Shown: positions 50,686-63,400 of the stretch, piece after piece
How positions within the stretch are numbered: position 1 is the stretch's first letter
Layout of the letters: each line of letters starts with the position of its first letter
From: Mizuhopecten yessoensis
Lineage: Eukaryota
Reading direction: 5' to 3'
DNA length: 64,000 bases
Assembly (NCBI RefSeq): GCF_002113885.1
Contig: NW_018408834.1
Coordinates: 107,592-171,591, forward strand
Program-made: the position numbers and the translations under genes
The notes under the pieces: model-generated
What the model was told of the DNA's origin: nothing
Database searches by the model: none
What the model saw: the letters and a program-made list of their open reading frames with translations, nothing else

Positions 50686-51532
50686 TTTTTATTCTACTGG
50701 ACGGCTATATGAACCTATATACAGGTCGTTCCTACCAACCTGGAGAATAGGTTCAGAAATGACCACGCGGTGCTTTTTAGTAATCTTAAAACATCTTATC
50801 ATCCATCTTGAACACATACATCACTACGCCAAAACCTTGTTGCATAGACAGCGTGGCGTAGTGTATTCGTACGCACGCAGATTGTGACTGAATTATAATT
50901 ACTCAATTAGCCGGAGTAGGTTGAATACGGGAAGTTGTTTAGTACCAAGCAAGCTAAAAGTGTGCATGTTTTCCTAGGCTACTAGTAACTAATTTGCGGA
51001 AATCTATACATTTCCATAAGTCTAACACATATATATTACTTAATCGGGCTGGACAGGAAGGGAAATCATGTTATTCTTCAAAGTATCAGTTAACACCAAG
51101 TCAATCCGATCAGGGGGCTCAATATCGGTCATTGTAGCCACTACATCATACAAGCTACTACACATGAAACAGCCACCAATCTACACCGAACTTACTTCAA
51201 TCATGACTCATTGACCCATTGACTGTTTTCCCTATGCGACCGGCATTCAAACACTAATACTATTAGGTACATGGTAGTAAAGAGATACCTTATGGATGGC
51301 TAGTAATCATTAATCTGTATTTATACATTATACATAAGTACAAACACGCATATATATGCCTATATGACGAAACGCATGATATTAAAGATATGACCATCTA
51401 GCCCGAGGGCTGATAAGGTCGAGGGTTAATACGATGTAGGATATTGAAATGGTCATGCTTGAAACTTTCTATCGTGTATTGTAATATTTTAGTACAACAT
51501 CCAAAGTATCAGCAATTACCAAATACATTGCA

Positions 51533-51643
51533 TATACATACCTTTGGGTTATGCCGTCAATATACATACCTTTGGGTTATGCCGTCAATATACATACCTT
51601 TGGGTTATGCCGTCAATATACATACCTTTGGGTTATGCCGTCA
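51533..51643. repeat. 28-bp minisatellite, 4 copies
   Basis: Unit TATACATACCTTTGGGTTATGCCGTCAA. Confidence 0.9.
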
Positions 51644-53675
51644 TAATATGATATGAAATTAGGGTCAGCTTGGAGACCATCCGTGATGTGAGGGGTTAAA
51701 GGGGGGATCAAAATTACAAATGACCTCTTTTTGACAAAACCACGTTATTTTTTTAAACATTCTTTGTATTTTTATGTATTGTCTAACACTGAAACTTCCA
51801 AAATAATAAAGTATTGACCAAAAAGGTAGCAGATATATGATAAGTAGGTCACAGTGACCTTGCTATATATTCATTTAATTGTCAACGGTACTCTCTTTTG
51901 GAAAAATATTTTAACCAAAGATTTTTCTTAACGCTTCAGCGATGCTTCCCAATGAAAACAGCTAATCAAACATTCTCCTGAAGTTAAGGAATGTTCATGA
52001 ATTTGCGTCCAAAACGCTCATATAATGTCATAAACAAAATTACGTATGATTCTAGTATCCGACCGAGAAGAAATATCTGCGACTGATGACGTCACAATGC
52101 AACTTTATTGTGTAAAGTCTGTGTTTTGTCCGTCACCATTTAACATCTATCATAGAAATCATGATAGTCTTGTGAACACTGTCAGTTGGAGAAACAGGAA
52201 TGATATTTGAAGAGAGTGAAAATTTAGGATAGGAAAATCGAAATCGCCCTTCAGACAAAAAAACAGACAATTAACAGCAGTTTCAAGATACTTTTAACAG
52301 CAATATCAATCACACTCATTCATACATGTTTTTGCACTTCTTTATAAAGGTTATACGTCCATACATATTGTATTCTGTAAGCATTCATCATCCATATTGC
52401 TGAAAATCATCGTTTGATACCGACGGAGAACGCCCATTCTACAAAATAAGAAGAAAAAAAGGTAATAATCTAATGGTTGGTCTTCATATGATGTCATTGG
52501 TATCAGTAACACATTGTACGGATCACTGTGCAATACAACTTCAACATATATCACAAGTTCTATTCCTGTATTATTATACTGCCCGACCTCAGTGAGCCCG
52601 ATATCACATTAGAATTTCTTTTTGTTGCAAATGTCATAATTTGCGTCATCAGAGTGCCGAAGCATAAAGAATGTCTTATGATTAAAGTGACGAAGTGGGT
52701 TTAAAGCTCTGTAGTTTACCAATGCTGGTTCTATTTCAGAATTCAATACAACTCAACATTGAGTTATACCCTCAACACATGATAACGGATAATTAAAAAC
52801 ACTCAAATATCAATTATAAAAGGCTTTCCTTTGGTAATACTAATTCCAAGTACTTTAATCTTAGCTGCAGAAGATACAATTTCCCATTTTTAATACTCTT
52901 CTCTTATGTAAGCATTATTCTAATATCGTTGACATTATTAGTCATCGATGGGTTGTAGGAAACAGCTTTGGAAGATCACGTTATGTTGATTAAATGTTAC
53001 GTAAACGGTTAAACAACCACACATGAATCTCTTAATTAAACAAGGATGCGTCATATGTACCTTTAGACGTTTCAGGGGTTTTAGATCGGCAAAATTCGTA
53101 CAGATGGTACATAAGGCCTACTAGAAATGTTGAAAAAAAGCGCTGGAACCAGCAAGCTCACCCCTATCTAACATTATCAGATCAAAAAGTCACATTTAAA
53201 GTGGATGTGAAGTGACTGCTAAATGATAATTTCCCTTCCTCTAACCCTTTAGCACAAACACAAACAAACCAATCATGAATACTGTGGATACATTTACCGA
53301 CTATAAAGCTTACGCCAGGTGATCTGTGTTGTTTTGTATGGTTGGAATGTTTTATTTTAATCTGTCGTCTTATTTGAATGTAATGACATTTGCATTGCTA
53401 ACATGTGTATTGCACAAAAGGCCAAATGATACCTTGCGCACATCGACAAATATGTAGCAAGTATACATAGGAAAAGAACAATCTGAAAAATAGTTCAACT
53501 AAGTATGCAATTATGTATTTTACTTATAGAGCACGTCGAACTTCTAAAGGATTAAGACATTCTGTGACAATACTTCTAGGCACTCGGCGAAACTGGTGAT
53601 ACGGGTGTTGATGTTTTTGATTACGCCCATTAGTGAGTCTCGTGATTTTTCTGTCACCAGCAGAATTCTTGATGG

Positions 53676-54523
53676 GAGGACGTGACAACCCCATTAATTT
53701 GTCCTTTACTCGACGTGAGGACGTGACAATCCCATTAGATTGTCCTTTACTCGATGTGAGGACGTGACAATCGCATTAGTTTGTCCTTTACTCGATGTGA
53801 GGACGTGACAGCCCCATTACTTTGTCCTTTACTCGATGCGAGGACGTGACAACCCCATTACTTTATCCTTTACCCGCTGCGAGGACGTGACAACCCCATT
53901 ACTTTGTCCTTTACTCGATGCGAGGACGTGACAACCCCATTACTTTGTTCTTTACTCGATGCGAGGACGTGACAGCCCCATTACTTTGTCCTTTACTCGA
54001 TGTGAGGACGTGACAATCCCATTACTTTGTCCTTTACTCGATGTGAGGACGTGACAATCCCATTCCTTTGTCCTTTACTCGATGTGAGGACGTGACAATC
54101 CCATTACTTTGTCCTTTACTCGATGTGAGGACGTGACAACCCCATTACTCTGTCCTTTACTCGATGTGAGGACGTGGCAATTACATTACTTTGTCCATTA
54201 CTCAATGTGAGGACGTGACAATCCCATTCCTTTGTCCTTTACTCGATGTAAGGACGTGACAATCCCATTACTTTGTACTTTACTCGATGTAAGGACGTAA
54301 CAATCCTATTACTTTGTCCTTTACTCGATGTGAGGACATGACAGTCCCATTAATTTGTCCTTTCCTCGATGTGATGACGTGACAATCCCATTAGTTTGTC
54401 CTTTACTCGATGTGAGGACGTGACAATCCCATTAGTTTGTCCTTTACTCGATGTGAGGACGTGACAATCGCATTAGTTTATCCTTTACTCGATGCGAGGA
54501 CATGACAATCCCATTACTTTGTC
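53676..54523. repeat. 41-bp minisatellite, about 21 copies
   Basis: Unit GAGGACGTGACAATCCCATTACTTTGTCCTTTACTCGATGT. Contiguous, with no spacers. Confidence 0.97.
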
Positions 54524-55038
54524 GTTCAGTTATTGAGTGTCCATAACATTAACGAATTGTGTCTACTAGGAAAATTCATCTATGAGGCAAACAAATTAAC
54601 AAAACAATGGAATATGATTGTCTTCATTCTCTGTACATTGTCCCAGATGCGTGTATAATATATATTGCATACTGATGGGCCAATGGCCTAAAGTTTGAAT
54701 AAAACAAACTAGAACACACCAAATCACCTACCCATGAAATATCCACAGCTCCTACCACTACACCATCCGCCGGGGGGTTAGAGAAGTGTCGAGGATGCCA
54801 CCATGCTCCTGAGGATATTTCCGGCTATCACTCGAAGCGTTCTGATATAAAGACAAAACCTGGCAAAGTGAAAAACGGGCAGACGTTGACGAACAGTTTG
54901 TTTGATGATTACGACTTTTAATTTTGCGTTAAAACGAAAAAGAAACAATTTTCTTTCACAAAACTAATTATGCTCTATGGCAGGGCGAGTTTTCCCCGAG
55001 TTAATCCACTTTTGAAAGTTTAGAATTAATTTGTTACC

Positions 55039-55230
55039 ATATTTCTAGGCTAGGTGATTAGGTGTCGTAGGTCGTGAGTTCGAGGCCCGGAGAGGAGGTG
55101 AGGAGGATATTTCTAGGCTAGGCGATTGTATGTCGTAGGTCGCGAGTTCGAGGCCCTTCGAGGCGCTGAGGATATGTATAGGCAAGGCAATTAGATGTCG
55201 TAGGTCGTGAGTTCGAGGCTCGGAGAGGGC
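55039..55230 (+). repeat. Three tandem copies (about 65 bp) of a tRNA/SINE-head-like unit
   Basis: ATAT(T/G)T(C/A)TAGGC..TGTCGTAGGTCG(T/C)GAGTTCGAGGC occurs three times. GAGTTCGAGGCC resembles a Pol III B box. Confidence 0.7.
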
Positions 55231-56774
55231 ACGAGTCATACAATTGTTTCCCTTCTGTACAAGCTAATGTTTTACTATACGATATATTATCGAGAAAACT
55301 AGGATAGTAGTCACTACATGGAGTACACCATTTTATTATTTGTTATATTTAAGTTCGTACGTGTACTCCAATTCCGTGATGAATCCCCGTACCACTGCGA
55401 AAAACTGTAGACATAGCCTGGATAAATCATTCTGAAAAGAAAAGAATACCTTGCGTTTTTTTTATGAGAAATAATAAAGATAAAGATAAAGATAATCAAC
55501 AAAAGCGAAGTCCAGGGTTCGAATCCCGGTCTAGTTACCGCTGACTGTCTTACACTCGGAACACTGTTGTTGGCTTTATTTTGCTTATTATATCTGTATT
55601 ATTTTTTCATGAAGGTCCCACAAGACATGGGTTTCTTTTCAGTTTTGGGGCAGACGTACGTGGGTCCGTCATAAAACTATTAGTTGACATCGAAATTGTA
55701 GTAAATATTACCCCTCATTAAGATGCTATGAATGATCCAAGGGTGATGAATTAACAACCTTCAGTCAACACCTTTTTGGTTCAATTCCTTGAATGAAGAG
55801 CATTTGAATGAGTCTAGCATATTTGGGTATAAAAAGGAAGATGGTTAAAATTGTAGCCAATTATTTAGACCCCTAAGGTGTCTACGCACATAAAACATGA
55901 ATTATTCGTCGCCTGAATACCTGGAAACAGAATTTCAAACTGGCGACACCTCGATTGCTAGCCTGATCACAGGTACATGAGAATATGTAGCTTATATTTA
56001 TATGCGGTATTTGGACCTAAACTACAAGGGTTTCAGAGTAATTTTACATGTTTTAGGAGTTCTGATTTAACTTGTCGGTAAAAATGCGCCCACCCCCTCC
56101 CAATTGAAGAGGTGGCATTTTTGTGTTTACCGAAACGCGATCGTAACTCCTAGAACTTGTAAAACTACTCTATGTGTTCTAGCCGTAAATAACATGCCCC
56201 TGAGGCCTGATATGTTATCCACCGAGCAAATTTTCGCCATATAAACATTGTTGTAGAATTGGAAGGAATATAAAGCCAGGCAACACGCATTACTTGATAC
56301 GGAACATCATTTTTTTTAATTTTTTTTTACTTTTAACATTTCTTTGCACTATCGTCAACAACTGTAAGAGCAAACTAGTATATATATTCTAAAACATCCG
56401 CCTGCACATTGAAATTGGTTTGCATGGTCGCTATAGCTTTAATGAATCCGCCCAGCGACGTATATATTACGTCTCTGATCCGCCATATAATTATTGAAAC
56501 ATATCAAACTTGTTGAAAACATTAAGCGGTACAAGTATGAATTTTAAATAGGCTGATTCCTGCCCTTTGAAGATAACAAAGGAGAGGCGCCCGTCTTCAA
56601 AGCCTGTCAACTTTTACCGTTAAGTGACCGCGAGATTCTCTTCATGTATATATCTCATCAACAAGGTGGCGCATTTTTTAGCTACATGCTTTTGTTTCTA
56701 TGTGGCTACCACCCATCACAACATCCGCGCTTACTTATATCAATTAATAAGGCCTCGAACACAAACCGATGTCG

Positions 56775-56935
56775 CATCACGTGTCCAACTTCTTTTATAG
56801 ATCTGTAATATAGATCTGTGAAAAATACATCTAATTAAGGCTTGTCGTTGAACAACGTGCAACGACAAACAACACGGGGACACGTGAATTTGTGTTGCAT
56901 GCTCAGATCTACACGTGACTGTAAAGCACGTTGTC
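56775..56935 (+). promoter_or_regulatory. E-box cluster, candidate circadian promoter/enhancer of timeless
   Basis: CACGTG at 56778, 56881 and 56912. GCACGTTG at 56926 (+) and 56853-56860 (-). CACGGG at 56873. Confidence 0.75.
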
Positions 56936-58269
56936 TGATCCACAGAAAAATATATGCGCAATGGACTAATGCGCATAAATATGTTGTCTTTGCGACATGG
57001 CGGCGAAGTGTAGAATGGACAGACTCTGGTTGATATCTAGCTGATTCACAATACCCAGGAGGACTTGAGGAGCACACACATATCGTAGTAAGTTTATTCC
57101 AATTATTTTCCTGATATTCAAAGTATGCCACCAACGACAATTCTTCAAGATTAGCAATTTCGTACGTAATGGTGACAGTTTCACGCGATTGTGAGATGTT
57201 GTTACGTATAGGTGAAGACGTTTCGTCATTTCAAATAAATGGACACATGTATGATATTTCTTTAATATTACAAGTCAGTTTGCTATTCCGACAAGCTCTT
57301 CATTAAATATAGATGACTGTATCAATTGTATATATGTATATGTGTGTCTAGATGTTCCAAAATAGGGTTTATTAGACGTTTCGCACTATTGAATATAGTC
57401 AATGAGACTATTCGCCCCATATTGGTTCATATAGGTCAGCTGTATCTATTTACATCAGTTATATAAGCTTCATCCTATAACGCTCCTTAATATCTTTTAC
57501 TCGATATTTATTTATATTCTTGATTTTATGCTCTATATGATGCACCTCATCAGTGCCTGCTGTATATTCAACATTAATTTATGTACAATATATATATATA
57601 GTTCCTGCGTGACTTAGGTCACTTGGGTTGAACTTTGCTTCAAAATCCTTCCAATGATGGTTCAAAGTAGATTTAAAGCCATTCACTGCATTCCAGTCAT
57701 CTTTACTCTTACTCCTATAACATAAGACTGTAAGAGGCCACTGGTCGGCCTTTTTCTATCGGATATAATTTTGCCGACTGCGACGCACAAGGTAATTCTT
57801 TGATGCAGATTCTGCCCGAAATCCGGGCGGAACAAAATCGGCTTGAAAAACTCAATTAAGTGGTGAACAGTTCATGACAACGATGTCTACTCACAGTTCA
57901 TATAATATAGATCTCATATGTATGCCACAGACACAAATATATGGTATATTACGGGATATAACACTCAAAATACATGTCCATGTCGTTGTTGCACTTCTTT
58001 GACCTACTTCTACAACATGGCTTCCTGGGTTGATACAAAGTAGCAGGGATAATTTCGAACGGAACGAAATGAAATTGAGTTTGTTTGTATTTCGCTTGAA
58101 GAACATTACATGTAATCCATTTTTGTATTAATCGGAAAATCATGGCAAATGTTGTCTGCTTCACTTCGAAAGAGGAAAAACTCATTATTTATGTATTTGA
58201 CACGAAATTATTCTTACCTAATTATGGATTTATAGAAAGGAATATTCATTGGGCCCTGTTGAAAATTGA

Positions 58270-58720
58270 AATGTATGTGAACACACTGGTCCCGGTGATT
58301 TTTCTCCATCTAGTTTTGCCAAATTTTTGAAAACTGTACTTAATGTATCTTGGTTTATTGTGAGAATGGATGTTACTACATTGATTGAATTTTCTACTTC
58401 TGGAATTTTCCTGGTGTCTTACTCTGTACAAACACTACTTAAGAAGTAGTTAAGTATTTTTGCTTTCGCACATTGATCTACTTCCAAGTTGCCTCCATCC
58501 GTTTCTAGACTTGGTACTGTTTTCCTTTACTTTTGTTTTTGATCAGACATATTTCCAAAAGTTTTTCGGGTTGGCCTTTAGATCTTTTGCCACTTTTTCC
58601 TCATATACTCCCCAACTCCTTTCCTTTGAGCTATTTACAGTTGCTCTATTTCTTGCTAACCTGTAGTGTTCGTAATTTTCAGGAGTTTTATTTCTCGAGT
58701 ATTGTTGCCACGTTCTCACA
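58270..58720 (-). mobile_element. CR1-clade LINE ORF2 internal remnant
   Basis: Frameshifted YEHYRLARNRAT..YEEKVAKDLKANPKNFWKYV*SKTKVKE..AKAKILNYFLSSVCT..KSPGP, which is the CR1 linker between the endonuclease and RT domains. Confidence 0.8.
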
Positions 58721-59803
58721 TCCTTGCGCCATCTTTTGACCTAATATTGGTAAATTTTCGCTTCATAGTTGTCGTAGCTCACTCGGACGCGGTCACAATT
58801 TTCACTCACCATGGCTAGTCATTTTGTTTACAATGAAATGGCGTGCTATGCGCATGTGTTGTAGGAGGGAAATCCTTGATAAAACATTGATCAGACAGGT
58901 AGAAATCCCGATAATTATCTTAGAATTATTCTTTTTTTATGAATATATATCGGCCAAATCTGATCGTTATTTTTCATAAAGACTCGCTTGATGTTAATGT
59001 AGTATTTGAAAAAAAAAATGAAAAAAAAAATACACTTGATCATGTTGTCACTTAAAAAATGATATATATTATGCCCAATTTTATTTTTAACCAGATTGAA
59101 AATAAAGTGAATCCATTGTTGCATGTCCAAAATGTTGTTCACAAACTTTTCTCCAAGTTTTAATTTCTTAAGTTGACATGTATACTTAATGTGATTATTA
59201 TTACCCCAGCCCATCAAAGTCAACGCATTTATCGGGACAATAACAAACTGTTAGTACATTATTCAATCTCGGCAAATATGGAAAATCTACCCATTGATAA
59301 ATCCAACCGAAAATTATTAGGTGGTTTGAAAGGGTGAATGATACGAACCCAATTATATCTACCGTTCCCATTTTCCGTAATTCCAAAAGTGAAACCAAAC
59401 CGCCAACTACCTTCAAGGAGACCTGGAACCACGGTAGAGACGTCAAACCCATCTTCAGAGTGGTACCGGCGAAGCACACGGAACTTTAATCCATTTGTTT
59501 ACCTACCTGGACACTTCAGCACCATTTATCCAATGAATACTGTTATCTAATTACCACTAGTGTAGTATACATGTACTTTACAATATCCATTTTCAAGTAA
59601 TGATAATCCATCATTGTTATCATGATCTTTATTTACTACTCACAATGCATTCATCATTAACTCTGCCATAGTCATGTGTTAGCTTGGAAAAGTCTGCCAA
59701 ATTATGGACTCATTAACTATGACGTCACTATTTACACCTTGTGATCGTTGCCAGGCAGAGGCACCGCATTTCATACTTTAGGTCTGTTTTTAATTGTATA
59801 CAA

Positions 59804-59850
59804 TTGTTCTGACGACGGATTATCTAATAAGCTGAAACTAGTAAACTGCA
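59804..59850 (+). ncRNA. Degenerate minimal type I hammerhead ribozyme motif (Penelope pseudo-LTR type)
   Basis: GTT-CTGACGA-c-GGATTA tctaa TAAGCT-GAAA-CTAG-TA-AAC. It has the CUGANGA and GAAA cores, palindromic stem III ACTAGT, a GUA cleavage triplet, and downstream AATAAA. Confidence 0.55.
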
Positions 59851-60455
59851 ATAAATTTGCCAAGTAACTTCAAGTGGATGTTGTCCAGTCATCTTTTTAC
59901 TTCATTTCCATTACCCCCTGGACTGGACTATCAAATTCCATAGGAATCCATCCCTTGGAGGCGCTGAACCAATACGTACATTCATTCACGGACGTTGGAT
60001 CACCCCCCCCCCCGTATTAATGAGATTATGAAAACTTTTAAAGATAAATGTACTAAAGTCAGTGTGTAGCTAAAATTAACTGGGTATATTTGCTGGCATC
60101 CAGGTACATCATCATCACTGGCGATAACTCAGATGGTAAAGGGCTGGGTTTGTATCCTGGTCTATCCATGCATTTGGCATTGTGAAAATTAACTATAGCT
60201 TTGTAGTGACTTGTTAGCTGGTAATCTTATGCCAGAAGATTGTACATCAGTGTAAGCAATCAGTCTGTACATTGACAATACACCAGCTACATATGCAATA
60301 TAGTTAATGCATATATATGTATGTATACCAAATCAATCAAGACAATCCTTTTCTGTGCATGCGACTCATATTGTAATTTCTATTACAGATATATGCTGCA
60401 GAAAATAGATTTGCTGTATTAACACATCTGAAGTGAGGATACAGATCTAGTCAAA

Positions 60456-63400
60456 ATGGAGTGGCATATCATGAATGTTGACGGGCTGAACAGCCTGTCG
60501 AGTAACCTGGGTATGGTGGAGGATGGTGTCTATATCCCGTCCTGTAACAGTCAAGGTCAGTACATATCTCTTCAAATCCATTTGCATGATATGTTAAATG
60601 CTAATATTAATGATTCCACTTGAGGATCTCGCTGCCAGAAACTGTAACAATACCCTTTAACTTTTTTTCCAGCATGACTATAGCTTAAAAAAATCCTTTC
60701 TGAAATGAAAACCATCCTTTGCAGGACTTTTCGAGAGAAAAACGAAAATTGAAACCAGTTAAAAAATATCAGAAATGTTTTGACAGTAAAAATCGACAGG
60801 GCTGGACCAGTATTAAGCCTGGACCTCCAATCATCATATACTGCCTGTCTAACCAGCTGAGCTATATATACCTGGGCAGTGGTAGTACCATGGGCCTGTT
60901 GCCTTATATTTGTTATATTTCCAATTTGCTACAATACAACTGAGAATAATATTAAATTATTAAAACTCCCTGAAAAGGCCAGTAATAATCTAACCTATAC
61001 ATTTCTATGAATATACATTTAAAGCAGATGTAACATATAATGAAAACGTTTTTTGATTCAGGCTTGTATTTATATAATACTGTAGGAAAGTTGCGAGACT
61101 TTATACTTTAAGGATGTTGAGGTGTACGTACATGTTTATACATACACAGGGGTTTCATTTGTAGCAAGTTTAAATTAGCGGCTAAAAAGAAAAGAATTCT
61201 ATACGTCAGAAACATGTATTTCACCGGCTATATTCATGAAAAATACTGGAAGAGTGCTAATAGGGTACTGTGAAATGTGCGAAAACACCTGCATACGTCA
61301 GGACAGAAACACCTGCATACGTCAGGACAGTAACACCGACTTTTGTTTCCCACAGAGATACTAGAGGAGAATGTAGAGTTCCTGATGAAAGACACACTAG
61401 AGAAGACATACAGACGACTGCTGTTTAATAATAAATTCCCCGAGAAGGTAATTCATCAAACAGTGTGTCATGCTTCAGAAACTACTTCCATTTCTCTACC
61501 AGTACAACAGTATGAGATTCATGCTTGTAAATAGTTAACTGACTTGTTACCTATGCCTATATAGTAGTCTAACTTTACATTGTTACTATTAATCACTTAC
61601 CTGATCATGATGTCACTGTTTTATCTTCCCCTGATATTACATGTTATTGTAATTATATATTTAAATAACTGACTTACATTACTGTAACCAATGTTAGAAA
61701 TTTTCACAACAAAGTTAGGTAGCCTGGGATATACTGTGTTGTAATCAGCTTTTCACAAAAGCTGTTCAGAATTTAACAAAACTTTATACGAGTGTTTGTT
61801 TATCGAGAGGTGTGTGTTTAAGGCCTTTCCAATTTGTCATCGAAGATGGCTGCTGTTGCCTCTGATTGGTCGCAATTAATATATTGACTAATTTGTTTAA
61901 ATTTGGTATGTAGTTGTATAATCCCAGGGGAAAAAAAGGTACATTTGAGGTACACTTTTTGGGGTACTTAAGCCATGCCTTAGGTACATTTTTGGTAAGA
62001 AAAAAAAAGAGGACAGAATAAGAGGGGTTAAAACCTGTTCAATATAGGTACATTTTAGGCACATTTAAGGCATGCCTAAAATGTGCCTTTTTTATACCTC
62101 TGACTGAGGTATACCTAAAATGTGCCTAAATCGTACCTCTGACTGAGGTACGTATACCTTAAATGTGCCTAAATCATATCTCAGGCAGAGGTATACCTAA
62201 ATCGTACCTCAGTCAGAGGTATACCTAAAATGTACCATGGTACTGCTAAATTAATTATAATCTATAGCATAGTTATAATCCTACATCATGTACATGTATC
62301 TAATTAACATGATAGTGTATTTTTCACCTGACTACATTTTGGCTACAGGAATTGTTGCCCCTGATAATGTACATCCAGGATGACCACACTAACTTGCAGG
62401 AAGCACTTAGGTGAGTTTTCTCTATCTCGGCTAGAATCCTAGTGTTACCAAATGTTGTAGTTTGTTAGCTTATAATTATAATGTAAGGGGGATTTTTTCA
62501 ATATCTTGATCTAAGAGAAAGTCAGAATTCTGTATTAGGATTGTAAAAAAGCAACTTCTAAGAGAGAGAGTCAGAATTCTGTATTTGGATTGTAAAAAGC
62601 AACTTCTAAGAGAAAGTCAGAATTCTGTATTAGGATTGTAAAAAGTAACTTCTAAGAAATGTCTGAAATTGTAATTATTTTGAAAATCAATCCATCTTGG
62701 AAATATTCCTGAATACTGAACTTATTTATCGTGAGTGTTTTCATTTAAATTTTGCTAAATTTCACCTTTTATGCCTTGTGCCAGCTGGGATTCAAGTAAT
62801 TGTAGTTAATACATCAACTTATTCCCTGTGATATTTATACATTTTGTTATCAAAGGTTAAAATATATCTACCAACCTAGCATATGTTTTTAAATTGTCAG
62901 AACCTTTAACAACCTTTTCTTTTTTTTACTTTAGAAGCTTTATTCCAATTAAAACAACTTATTCCAATTAAAACAACTTGTACATTATTGAGGTTTGAAT
63001 TATGCCTGTAAAATATGAGTTTTGTTGTAGACTTATGATCCTGCTGACCAATCCTGTGGATTGTTATTTGGAGACAAGTGTGGGAGAGAGAACCAAACCT
63101 CCCTGGGCCACAGAGCTGGAGAAGGCCATCAAAAAGACCATCGAAAAGTCATTTTGTAGAGCTTTCCTCACACCCATCCTAGGGGAAGTGAAGCTCCTTC
63201 TAGAGGAGGTACAAATAACATCAAAACTGAAGTGCAGTATACTATAATTCTATAATTTGTGTATAAATAAGTGCAGTGTTCTCGTCCCCATGAGCTTTTT
63301 TTTGCTTTTATTTTGTTCCTTTAGCAATAAAACAAGAGTCATATATTTGGTCAGGATCTTACTGGCATGGAGTGTGCAACAGTGTTGATTACAGAGTATA

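Noticed and set aside
51841-51860. Perfect RORE TAAGTAGGTCA
   Set aside because: It is part of the AGGTCACAGTGACCT motif typical of HINE-type repeats and lies far from the tim promoter.
53676-54523. CRISPR-like regular array
   Set aside because: Contiguous 41-bp units with no unique spacers, no cas genes, and a eukaryotic context. The same applies to the other arrays.
55318-55371. Hairpin TGGAGTACAC/GTGTACTCCA as a pre-miRNA
   Set aside because: Only a 10-bp stem with a large, poorly paired interior.
57210-57400. Hammerhead-like 3' halves (CGAAACGTC) on the minus strand near 57220 and 57380
   Set aside because: No upstream CUGANGA core at a suitable distance.
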